Source: Antedon mediterranea (lineage: Eukaryota > Animalia > Echinodermata). Taken from it: DNA of 64,000 nucleotides. Where the stretch lies: NCBI RefSeq assembly GCF_964355755.1, contig NC_092678.1:6960422-7024421 (forward strand), read 5' to 3'. The notes below the pieces were generated by a model. It was not told the DNA's origin, searched no databases, and was given only the letters and a program-made list of their open reading frames with translations. The position numbers were made by a program, and so were the translations under genes. Positions 23,676 to 36,866 of the stretch are shown here, piece after piece. The stretch's first letter is position 1. The number at the start of each line of letters is the position of its first letter.

Positions 23676-26511
23676 ACATCAGGCACAGAACATGAATTCT
23701 AAACCGCCCGGTGATATACTGAAATGTAATTATAATTAACTTGAAACAAAGATGAGGAAATCTGTACTGTGAGAATGAGAAAAAGTGTCCCCAACCGAGA
23801 TTCGAACCCGGAACCTTCTGCTTTTGATATTCAGATGTCTTAACCATTAGACCACTGGGGATGTCATGGTATAGTTCAAAAGTATCAGGGACAGGTTGTA
23901 TAAAATGTTCAACAGATGCAATTATCAATAAGTCTGCTGAAAGATATTAAGAGACGACAATTGAAACGACCACGACTATAGGGCCTATTTTATGTTATAG
24001 GCCTACCTTAGTTTAGTTTGCAGTTTATGGGCGCATGCTTTGTTTGAGCATGGAGGTACATGTACGTGGAAATAAAAACCAATTGAAGTTGACCAACCCT
24101 CCCATTCAGGGATGATGAGTTCCGGGATGTCAAGTAGAGAAGCCCTTCATGGTCCCACACTGGCTAAGGGGGAAGCTTGATTATCTAATTGTATAATAAT
24201 AATAATTTAAATATTTTGAATAATAACGTAGTTTTTTATTCTCAATTTTATATAAATCAAAAAGTTAAAATTAATAAATTAAACAGTGTATAGCATGGTA
24301 TAAACATGGATATCAAGTAGATCAGCAGTGAAGTCAACTGATACAATGTATTTGTCAATGACTGAAAACAGCTACAATAACACAACATACACAATGGTGC
24401 TGACATTTATTGACTTTAAAAAGCATCACATGAGATACATAGAATATAAAAACATAACACCTAGATATATCTATAGAATCTAACATAAAATACCTGTATT
24501 TGATACCGTGATCAAAGCCTGCGTATAGGCTTAATAATAATTGAAAATATACCCTTATGTTATATTAGAAATGTGAATTAACGGGTTTTCTAAAAGCAAA
24601 TAAATAAATAAAAAGCGTAATGTTGACAGAGGGGTATAAAAGGCATTCAAAATGCGTACTTACTGTTTTGAAGGAAACTTATAACTTAAAACAAAATAAA
24701 TACTCTGACAACGGTACGGTATTGAAATATTGTGCTGTGTTGAATCACAAAAATCACAACAAAATAAAGACAAAAGTAAGTCATGGAAGAGTGAAAAGTC
24801 ATCGGAGCTAATACGATCCAGACAATTCTTATCGAACTCTCGTCATGCAAAAACACAAAGAGGGATTTAATGGCAGTATTATGCAATGCACGTTACGGGT
24901 TTAGCTTTGCACTTGGCTTTTCTGAGCTGACACCGTAATAGAGGTCACCGGGTCAGATTTACCTGAAAGAACTTTAAACATGAATACACCTCATATTAAT
25001 TCCTTTCAATTATTTTATTGATAAAGTCAATAGGTCAAAGGTCATTCAACCACTGAACTATCTGTGGGAGTGCACCCAGCTTTATTATTTTTTATCTTTC
25101 TGGTTTTACGTTTTATTTCTATATTATTTGTACTTCATGGTACTTGAGAGGCCTTAATAAGTTAAAGGTCAAATGTCAAATGACAGGGTTCATGTTAACA
25201 TTGAACATGATTGTCTTTTCGTTTGTGTAGAGAAATAGTAGAAAAAAAGATAGTAGAGACTACCAATTATACAATTCTTAATTTCAGTTGGACGAATATT
25301 TTCATACAGCTTAAATAAAACTGTTTAAATATTTCAAATTTTTATTTTTTATATAAATGCATTTAATAGTGACAATTATGAACATTTCAAATTGCACTCG
25401 TGAAATACACGCGCATATGTTACTTTTCGTTTTTGTTCAAAATTTTTTCGTCAAAGCACGCACTTATTCGTAACCATTCTAAAGTACCCATCCTTATTCA
25501 TCTGTACAAGTTTCTTATATTCACTCGGCATATTATGTGTTATGTGTGCATATTACACCAAACTCTCACCCACAACTTTGTAGTGTGCAGTCTATTTACA
25601 CTTAGAACTAATAACAACAATTAAAAATAATTATATATATATATATATATATTTTCCTGGGAAATTTTATGTAGGGGAATTTTACAGTAGGCGGAGGTTT
25701 GTACTCTCGGAGTACCCTCTAGTTTAAAATGTATTTCTGTTTTGCGTGATTTGAACAATTTAGTCAATTTGAAATGGTGAGGATTTTTTTTTTGTCAGCC
25801 ACCCCTATTAAGGAGGAACCTCTATTGTATTAAGAAGACACATGTTGTCTCGAAGGTGTCCCATTAAAAGGGGTCAAGGGTAGGCCTACTATAAGTATTC
25901 AACTTTCTATCAAAAGGTTTATATTACCGTAGGCTTAAATGTGCCTTAGGCCTACATTGTGTATTTACGAAATGTGTTCTAAGCTCAAACTAGTGTTTAT
26001 TTACTAGGCATTATCCATTTTCAGTATTGACTGAGAATTTAAGAATATTGATATACCAAATTTTAATACTACGCCACTTTCGATTTTCGTAAATTTCTAA
26101 CCGATTCGAGCCAAAGCTGTCAGTAGATACAGTCTAACCTACTATCGCAAGTCAGATACGTGTCTAGCTGTAATATATACTTCGAGTAAAGTATTTCATT
26201 GACAACGAGTGTGTCACACTTCCTAAATTACTTCTTAAAATGTTGATCTTTTTACACATAAAAACTCAAGTGCAATCAAGACAGCCGAAAAGAGAAAAGT
26301 AATGTAAGTTTTTTAAACTAAAATGTGCTGGATAATTCAGCTTCGAAGATTGCATTTATTTGTAACCATTCTAAAGTACCCATCTTTATCTGTACAAGTT
26401 TCTTATATTAATCCGGTATATTATAAATTGTTTTAAACCCAAAGTGCAATCAAGAAAGCCGAAGGGAGAAAAGTAATGTACAGTTTTTAAAACTAAAATG
26501 TGCTGGATAAT

Positions 26512-29500
26512 TCAGCTTCGAAGATTGCATTTATTTGTAACCATCCTAAAGTACCCATCTTCATTCATCTGTACAAGTTTATTATATTCATCCGGTATAT
26601 TATGAATTGTTTTAAACCCAAATTTAATTTCCGATGCATAGTGATATGTAAGGTTTCTTCCATCAGGTGCAATGCTGAAAGGATAAAATCCATACAGTGA
26701 TATCATATCGCAATACGGTAAAGCTGCAGTGTACAAAAACAGTCCAGATGAAGGGCCATTGGTCAAGTTGAAAAACCTGCAGAAAAATACAATATTACCG
26801 TACTTTATAAATAATGTATGCCTAAATTTGGAATATTTTAATGAATTACTTATTTTGTTACGGGTGCATCCTGTTTTTAGTAAAATATTGTATTTTGTAC
26901 TGATTATACAATTTTCCTTCCTTTCTTCTCTCACTTTTGGAGTAATTTTTTTAAAGTAGATTTACTCCGCATATACAGAAAATGTAAAGAGAAAAATATC
27001 TTACCTTTTTATCGGGTTTGACAGGTATTTGAATGGATAAGCTAGTGATATATTCACCAAATTGTGTCTTGCAAAAAAATTTAGCACCTCAAAATGCTCA
27101 AAAGGTGTAACGTTACGCACTTTAGAAAACCAAAGTATGGCATTTTTTAACTCTTTTAATCTTTGCAAACCATACGGAGAATTACAGACGCCATTATATT
27201 TTCTCATGCAGGCCCGAAATTTTCTTCTTGCTGCGTTATTTACAGACATTATGTTCGTTTTGTTTCCAACATCATTTGCAAAATCTTTTATAGGAGCCAT
27301 GTTTGATCTCATCACAAAGTCATGAGCGTCAATTTCAGAGCCACACCCACTGCTTCGAAGAATTCCGCCATTGCCGACTACTGCGCATGTGCGATGCCGA
27401 GAAAGTTTCTCTCCTACTCTGTCAATATACTTGCCGTATTGTCTAGCCTCTACCATCTGATCCAAACTCGTATAGTTAACTTGTTGATGAAGAGGTATTA
27501 AAATATTTGATGCAAAAATGTTAGCTTTGGCCCTGTGACAAAAATGATTGAAAATGATGCATAAATTATTTATATTCAAATATTCAAATTGATCAATTAA
27601 TTGTGATTGGATACAGAATACTTAAAATACATCATTAAAAAGGTTTAAAAAGATAAAAAGATAAACAAATACAGTTTTTTAAATTAATGCATTTTTGATT
27701 CAATTGGATATAACAATATATAGAATACATCAGAATCAATAAAAAGTCGTGAGGTAATTTCCCGATTGATCGTAATCAAAACGGTACTGGGTTTGGTCTA
27801 CTAGCGTTCCTGCTCCCAACCAGTACATCCATTCATAGAAGCCTTAATGAAGTAAGCCTACCTGGTGGTGGCCATAGAACGGTTCCGAGATAACGACTAT
27901 ACTTCGGCTTTAGTCGATAGAAGATTGAATAAATTGTTAGAGATAGAGTATACGATGTTATGATTATGTGTAGATATGTGATTTGTTCTTTTTATTCAAA
28001 TGATGTTATGTATTTAATAAATTTGTTATATCAATTAATTAAATTATCGTAGATTGCATAGGCCTATTATGCGATAAATATTATTTAATACATTTTTTGG
28101 ATATATTATTATTATTATTATAATATTAATAAAAAGATATTTGTTAGTATAAATTTAAAAATATAGATATAAAGAAGAAAAGCAACGAGATTATGGAGCG
28201 GCTGTACCAGAATATACAACACTAAGTATTGTAAAGTTAATATATTAAAAATTTAGGCGATCTTGTCAATATATAGAATACATTGGAATCAATAAAAAGT
28301 TCGATAAACAAGTTAGTGTAAAATATTATATAATAGTGTGTACCAAAGTTGGTGATGATTGATGATGATGACTTTATTATTATCATTGATGATTGTTATT
28401 ATTATCATTATTATTATGGTCTCTTTTGGCACTTTTTAGTGACTTAAATTATTGTATACTTTTATCATTATTTTATTATTGGCCAGAAAATGTGTTCTGT
28501 CGTGAAATGTGTTTTATTTAGAAGAAATTTTATAAACATGCATTGTGCTACATTGTGGTGCAGCCTCATGTTTACGGAATGTAGAATTCTTGTATGAATT
28601 ATTACAAAATCAATATAATAATGGCCTGATGTGTGTAGACTTAATTCAAGTGAAAATATTTTAGTGTTTACGATTATAGACAACGTCTTATATAAGTCAA
28701 AGATGCTCTGCAGGTAAAATCTTAACCTGAGATGAGTAGGTCCTATAGTAGTAGTAGTAATTAGTCACTACAGTTTTTTTAATACATTTATACGTAATTT
28801 TACTTTCTATGGACCAGAGAGATTCCAAAATAAAAGATTGAATGAATGACTGAATGAAATATTAATATTACGAATTTAAAGAGAAATAATTTTACTAATT
28901 TTAAACTTCTTATTGCTCGTTGGTAACCAAATAAATATTATTATTATTATTGGTTTTTTTAAATTTACTTGCAATACTTTAGTAACTTTAATAAACAATG
29001 TCCTCATAAAACCTAATATTTGCGCGCACACACACATACACACAAAACCTGTTCACCATGGCTGATATCAATCTTAAATCCAATTATCTTTCTACATATA
29101 TAAATTAAATGACAGGATAAGCAATGTGTTTTTTATTTTAATGTACAATGATTAATGGAGAAATAAATGTACGTATTTTTCTATATCAAGTATTAGATAT
29201 ACAAACATAAATAAACTAAATAACACATTTTTGTCATTGAATTCAAGTAAGTACAGGCCTATTTAGATAAACTTATTATTATTCAAAGTAATCTTAAGAG
29301 GGATCTTAATACTGTGGATATCGTTTCTTCGTGAGGTAATTTTCCGATTGATTGTAATCAAAACGGTCCTGGGTATGGTCTACTAGCTTTTCTGCTCCCA
29401 ACCAGTACATCCATTCATAGAAGCCTTAATGAAGTAAGCCTACCTGGTGGTGACCATAGAATGGTCCCGAGATAACGACTATACTTCGGCTTTAGTCGAT

Positions 29501-32135
29501 AGAAGATTGAAAAAATTGTTAGAGATAGAGTATACGATGTTTCATTATGTATAGATGTGTGATTTGTTCTGTTATTCAAATGATGTTCTGCATAAGGAAA
29601 CGGAAATCAATTAATTTAGTTATCGTAGATTGTATATTATGCGATAAATATTATGTTTGTTTTCGTTATGTATTCTTAACACTTTGACTGCCAGAGGTTT
29701 TTTTCAGTTAGAAACTGCCACCGCCAGCGTTTTTAGCTCAATTGCCCGATGTTTTTATTAAAGCTGATTGAAACTATGTGATCTAATTTATATGTAATTT
29801 AGACTAAAATAATCATAAAGATTTTAGCTTTATTTGCCCTTACGTAAATTTATATATAGATGCTCTTTCAATTATTGGTATTCCCTCACTTGAGGAAAGA
29901 AGGGATCTACCTACACTTGCTTTTGGCAATAGTTTGCTGAAATATGATGAATTCAGAGATATGCTCCCCCCGTATTACAAACCCTCGAGTTTAAAGACTG
30001 AGAGATATAGAAAGTTCAGATTTTAATTAAGCATCATAGTGTATTTGATAAATATAAAAATAAATAAATAAACTTACCGTAAGTCGAATAACTTGGCTAA
30101 ATCAATGGTTTTATTAAATTCAGTTTCAAGTAATTCCTTCATGGTTCTCCTCGGCGGCTCACCAGTTACAAACGACCTGTGAATACAATCTTGATAACAT
30201 AATATTGACTAAAACAATCTTGTAGGCACGTTTCCAATTAAAGTACAAATGCATTCGATTCTATAAAGGTAACTTACTCACTATTAACGTTATCCCCCCC
30301 CCCCCCCCCATCCACTATTACAAACCCTCGAGAACTTTGAGATCTAATCATTGGCTTGAAATTCCAAAATTTAAAACTGAGAGATATAGAAAGTCCAGAT
30401 TTTAAATAAGCATCATGCTGTATTTGATTTTTAAATAATTAACTAGCATGTACTTGATCCAATTTTACTTTTGTTTTCCTCATGTGCAATAAGGAACTCT
30501 CAATTTATGAATTTTAATCACTTTTTTGCTGTGGTTGATTTTCCTTTTACTTTTGTATGACTTTTTCGTGTTTGATTGTTTGTTGTATTCATTTGTATTA
30601 CTATAATGTATTGAAATTTATCTATGTTAATGTTTTGATGTTTTTGTGTACTTGTTATACTGATTTTATGTAAATGCAATACTTTCAGCTTCTGCTGCAT
30701 TTTGTATATATATACATGGTTTTTTTTATACCGAAATAAATAAATAAATAAACTTACCGTGAGTCGAATACCTTGGCTAAATCAATGGTTTTATTAAATT
30801 CAGTTTCAAGTAATTTCTTCATGGTTCTCCTCGGCGGCTCACCAGTTACAAACGATCTGTGAATACAAACTTGATAACATGATATTGACTAAAGCAATCT
30901 AGTAGGCACGTTTCCAATTAAAGTACAAATGCATTCGATTCTATAAAGGTAACTTACTCACTATTAACATTATCTGCCCCTAGACCAGTGTAGTAGATAT
31001 AGGACAATCACTTATAAGGTCCCAACTTGGAAAAATGAAGTATTGGGAGACTATATGAAAGCATGACCAAGCAAAAAGTGTGTGGTATATTTAAACAAGA
31101 AATATTTCTTACAAAAACGCTGCTAGCTTATTGAAAAATATTTTTTATTTCAAATGTTTTTGAATGTGTCATTTTATTGTCACATAGGCCGAATAGTTAT
31201 TTTAGATGAAAAAATGTAATTTAAAGCAACAAATACTTAAATTGTCTGTCAGACAATGGTTTTTGGGTTTCTGTTATATGTGAATAAATATTATTTTTTG
31301 TTACAGAAGTGAATAATCAATTTCTGTCACTTTAGTTAATTTTATTGCTAAGGTCAAGTCTGGGGTCACTTCATCACCCTAGATATTTCAAGTGGGAAGT
31401 ATCCTATTACAAACACAAACTTTAATGGACTGTTTCGATAATAATTCAATGAATATCTGACAGTGAATTACAGTCAAAAGTCAGTATTTCAGTCAAATGG
31501 GACTCACAAATACCAGAAATGCTTTGGGATTTGTAATTTTAGCATGACATGTCCTAATAGACTCTTTTCCCAGACGTTTTTTGGGTCTAGCAGCTGGAAA
31601 TCTATAAATTATAGTGCAGTTTCCATTTTCGCAAAATTGTCCTAATGGGACGTAGCGGGCTAGAGCAGCAGCGTGAAAAAATTCAATCAAGCATAATTTT
31701 ATAATTACACAACGATACAAACAATGGGTACTGTACACAGGCCTAGATGGCAGGTACCATAAGAGTGGAATATGCCGCGTGTGTGCATTGTGTTGGCGAC
31801 GTAATTTTTGACCTACTATAGTGCCAGGGTTGTATGTAACTCACAACACTTTACTTCATTCCCTAAGTCTCAAATGAGACAAGCACAATAAAATAGTTTA
31901 TCCAGCCATAATCGAGTTAATCGCTGTTGGATGCGTAAGAAATAAACAAAATTACAATGAGCTCATAATTTAAAAGATCTTTATTAATCAGATTTGTTTT
32001 TACTAACCTTGAGAAATACGTTCTGTCTATGTATTTTATACTTGTTTTGGATAAATGTAATAGGGTGAATGCAGTTGCCAATATGGAAAAACTTGTTAGA
32101 AACGTTAACAAGGTGATCGTCCGTTGTCTAAACAT
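26512..32135 (-). CDS. ST8Sia-like sialyltransferase, type B copy 2; exons 32135-32008, 30856-30758 and/or 30176-30078 (duplicated exon 2), 27532-27005, 26776-26512; 339 aa (372 aa if both exon-2 copies are used)
   Basis: All sialylmotifs are present (VVGNGG). Two open 99-nt exon-2 copies each have a CAG acceptor and a GTAAGT donor. Confidence 0.88.
27747..28265. repeat. Unclassified interspersed repeat (also 29327-29660, 47926-48270)
   Basis: TCGTGAGGTAATTT.CCGATTGATCGTAATCAAAACGG... occurs at two non-equivalent sites in the B2 intron and one in B3, and is absent in B1. Confidence 0.75.
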
Positions 32136-35100
32136 ATCGAAGTTATCAGACTTCTATAAAATTAGATAAATAACATATTCTTATATAATTTATTGTAGAA
32201 AACATAGTAATGATTACTGACATTTTTATCCAAGGTACAAAACCCGATAAAAATACATACCAAAAAAAAACACCAATACTAAACTATGTAACTATGTAAT
32301 ATACAGAATACTATCGTTTAAATTTCTCATTAAATAGCCTAATTGCACATAGAAAGAATTTTTTTTATTTTTTTTTATTTTTTTTTTATTTCATACTCAT
32401 CCAACAGCGAGTAACTCGCCAATTACAGGATGGATAAACTATTTAATAATTTATCGTGCTTATAAACTAAGTCTCATTTGAGGCTTAGGGAGTGGAGTTG
32501 AAAGAGTCATGAGTTACAACCCTGCACTAGGTCAGGATTGAACCCGGGACCTTGGGATTGGAAGGCAAGCACGTTAACCACCAAGCTACAGCTCCACTTT
32601 TTTTCCACAATTTGCCATTAATTGTACATGTAGACATGTAGTTTTTTTAGATCTCATTTCTACCTTCATAGACATTTTATTATTCTCTGTAATTTATTTA
32701 AATTAGATAAGCTATATAACCTCATGATGCAGCAAAAACTGTTTAGAATGAATGTTCTTTGCCTGATTTGTTTATATTATATGTATAACAATAGAAACAC
32801 GCTGTTTCTATTGTTATAATATTTCTTTTATTCCTGTCCACCCAGGCAGCACTTGCCAACTCATTTGCTATTACTTTATCCAAATTCCCTCATTGCACTG
32901 ATGAAGGGCTAGTGTTGCCCGAAAGCTCTGCTAACTTTTCTGGATGTTTACTTGATCGTTTTGATTTAGCTTTTCGCTCTTTTTTTTGTATCTCCATTGA
33001 GATCCAGCCACTGATACCCACAGCATTGTCATTCTTTTCAGTAATTTGCCTTTGGATTTATATAAATGTATATATCTACATCTATTACTAATTGTTTTAC
33101 TACTGTATTATACTATTATTTACTAGTAGTTAAATTTATAATATGATTTGTTTGATTTAAATAAAATTGAAATATTATAGTTATACAGGGAGTAGAGCTA
33201 GATAGGCATGAAGTTGCCTTTTCTCTTCTTCCTTTTTATCCAACTATTTTAAAAATGTTTTATATATTATAATGTTATATTTATGTATTTGTTTTTAACA
33301 TTTTTGGATGAATAAAGAAAGAATATATATATATTAAAAATAATAATAATTTAAATATTTTAATTAATAACGTAGTTTTTAGTCGCGTGGACGCGACTCT
33401 ATAGTTCACTATGTCGGTCGGTCTGTCGGTCTGTCTGTCGGTCCGGTATCACTATGCGTTTTATCGCTTTCTGACCTTATCTTGATATCAGTTTAATCTA
33501 GCTAAGTCAATTTTTCACAGTATATTCCTTATGGCCAGGAATCGATGTGGTTATGTTTTCACGGTGCGCAATAAAAAATTACGCGGTCTACGCACGATTT
33601 AACGAAATCACGTTTGTAATTATATCTTCACAACCATGAATCACAATTAAATAAAATTTGGTACTCATAAATTTCAGGGCATAAATCATCATATGGCAAT
33701 ACAATTACGTGCGTATCGCATGTAACGCATGCGTACGCGCGCTTAAAATTTTTTTATTTTCGATGAAATAAGAGTACGTTTCAGGCAATTTTAAGCGTTT
33801 ACAAAATTGCCATGAGTGCGCAGATTTTTGCGCGCGCACTGCGCGTTAAATGTTATCTCGCACTCTTTTTGCCCGATTTCTGTTTTCTTGACTTACTTTT
33901 CAACTCGAAATTACGTCAAAAGTGACAGGCTACGCACGTGTAAATTAAAAAAATATAAATGTTTTTAAACATTTCAACATTTTTAAACATGTTCAGTAAT
34001 TTCGGTCAGTTGGTAGGTTGGTCGGTCGGTCGGTAAATACTAATGAGCACGCGACTGCAGCCATCTATATGGCCTTCTTATTCTTAATTTTATATAATTA
34101 AAAAAGTTAAAATTAAAATAAACAGTGTATAGCATGGTATAAACATATGGATATCGAGTAGATCAGCAGTGAAGTCAACTGATACAATGTATTTGTCAAT
34201 GACAGAAAACAGCTACAATAACACAACATACACTATGATGCTGACATTTATTGACTTTAAAAAGCATCACATGAGATACATAGAATATAAAAACATAACA
34301 CCTATAGATATATCTATAGAATCTAACATAAAATACCTGTATTTGATACCGTGATCAAAGCCTGCGTATAGGCTTAATAATAATTGAAAATATACCCTTA
34401 TGTTATATTAGAAATGTGAAGTGAGAGAAAAGAAATAAATAAAAGGAATAAAATGGGGAGATGTTGAAAAAGGGTTATAAAAGGCAATATAAAGGCGTAC
34501 TTACCGTCAATGTTTTTGAGAATAAACTTATAACTTACAACAAAATAAATACTCGGTACGGTATTGAAATTGTGGTGTGTTGAATCACAAAAAACGACCA
34601 CAGGTCACAGGTCACAACAAAATACAAGACAAAGGTAAGCCATGGAAGAGTGAAAAGTCATCAGAGCTTACGCTCCAGACAATTCACAAATAGGGATTTA
34701 ATGGCAGTATTATTCAATGCACTTTGTTCAATTCGATCTTTATCTCTTAAATCGTTTCAAATAAAATAAAAAAATATTTGTATTTATTGTATCTATTACA
34801 TATGTGTGTGTTTCGATTATACTAGAAAGGTAGGCAGGCCAATTTAGATATTTTCTTTTATTTTTATGTCTTTACGCAATGTGGCCAAGGATTACCAATA
34901 GTAAATTAATCACTGTCCTATCAGTATTTAGGATGTAAATTTACCGCACTTTTGTATACCTATTCGGTATTAGCTCGATACTTCAATCATGTGATATTTA
35001 GCCATTACAGTATTCAAATGTCTTGGTTCGTAGGTTACTAAAAATGATAATTATTGCAATGCAATCATGAAATTAGGTCGATAAATCGAATAACATAATA

Positions 35101-35339
35101 CGATCGACCATTTCTTTAAAAATGTAAATATCTAAAAAAGCAATGGGGCTCAAACTTACTTTAAGTTGAATATCTTAACTAAATCAATGGTTTTATTAAG
35201 TTCTTTTCAACTAATTCTTTCGTGGATCTCCTCGGTGCTTCAGCAGTATGCAGAAATCTGAATAACATGAATTAGCGGTATTAAAAGAGAGAGTCTAATA
35301 GGCCACGATGTCCAAAAGCAGTGACATTTTATTAAATTT

Positions 35340-35742
35340 AACAATAGGGACCATCTCTACTGCAAACAAGTACACAATTTACACTAGAGACCATCTCTAA
35401 TGCATATAAGTGCACAATTAACAATAGGGACCATCTCTAATGCAAATAAGTACACAATTTACACTAGGGACCATCTCTACTGCAAATAAGTACACAATTA
35501 ACACTAGGGACCATTTCTACCGCAAGAGGTACACGATTAACTCTAGGGACCATTTCTACCGCAACTGAGTTCATAATTAACAATAGGGACCATCTCTACT
35601 GCAACTAAGATCACAATTACCAATAGGGACCATCTCTACTGCAACTAAGTTCACATTTAACACTAGGGACCGTCTCTACTGCAACTAAGTTCACAACTAG
35701 CACTAGGGACCATCTCCACTGCAACTAAATACACAATTAACA
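35340..35742. repeat. 40-bp minisatellite, ~10 copies
   Basis: Same unit as 14135-14937. Confidence 0.95.
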
Positions 35743-36866
35743 TTTTTTTTGTTGCGGTTCAACATATTTTTGAGCTAGATTCAGTAGCATAGGGCGAATG
35801 TAATTTTAATAATAAAACTGGACATTACCGTACCTTACAGAGATGGATAGACGTTCTTGGACAGAGATACTCTCTCTGAATCTTGTATTACCATTTTGTA
35901 GTGTCATCTTTAATCAAATCGATCAGATAACCGTATTGGTGAGGCGTCATTCGAAAAATAATTGAAGAACTCGTCTTTATTGGTCGCCAGATTATGCTTT
36001 ACCAACGTTAGAAACTGACCTTTCTTTCAGATCAGACTTCGTTCTTGTTTTCCCCTTCTGGCGAAATAAATAAAATGATAGCGGAAAGAATATCTTCCTC
36101 ATTATCATCTGATGATGACCATCCAGAAACGGATACCAGTTTAATGAAAATAATGTTTGACACCGTTATCTTATGCGAGGTCATAGAAAACGTGACGGAA
36201 CAGGTGTGAATGTTTTTCACGGAACGGTAAATGGGCGCGTCACGTTGAAATTAACGGCGCCCATAAACTATGTTGATCTATTTGTCAGTAGGCTAGCTTA
36301 CTACTACCCTGCTAATGTAGACCTATGCTAATGACGTCATTGTCGTAAAAAATGTACCCACACACCAATATACAACGGAACATATTACCTTTGTAGATTA
36401 TCCGTCAAACGTGTAAACGGATAAATAGTTTTTTTGTCAAAATAACAAATAAGCTCAAAATGGTTAGTAGATTGTGGTGGTCTAGATTCTTCAGAGATTA
36501 TTCTAATACATGTTTGCAGAAATATTATTATTATTTATTTGTATTTCCAATTTAGTTTAGTAGCCAACCCTGTAGACCAAAAAAATACATCCTGTTTTAC
36601 CAATTTTCAATTTATGAATATTGAATTCAAAGGATAGATTCTAATTGAGACCTAAACACCTACTTTTTAAAATCTATTTTTCTTAAGTTTTAAATCAAAT
36701 TCTTAACCGCTAAAACGTATATTGGATTTAGATGCTTGTAAACTGATTGAACCGACCTAAATTACCCTAGCAAGCTTCGCCAACCCACCCTGAACTCTAC
36801 TGGAGCCATTGGTGGACCGCAACCTTGGTTCTTGCTTCGCTGGCAAGGCCTATTTAATCCATTCGG

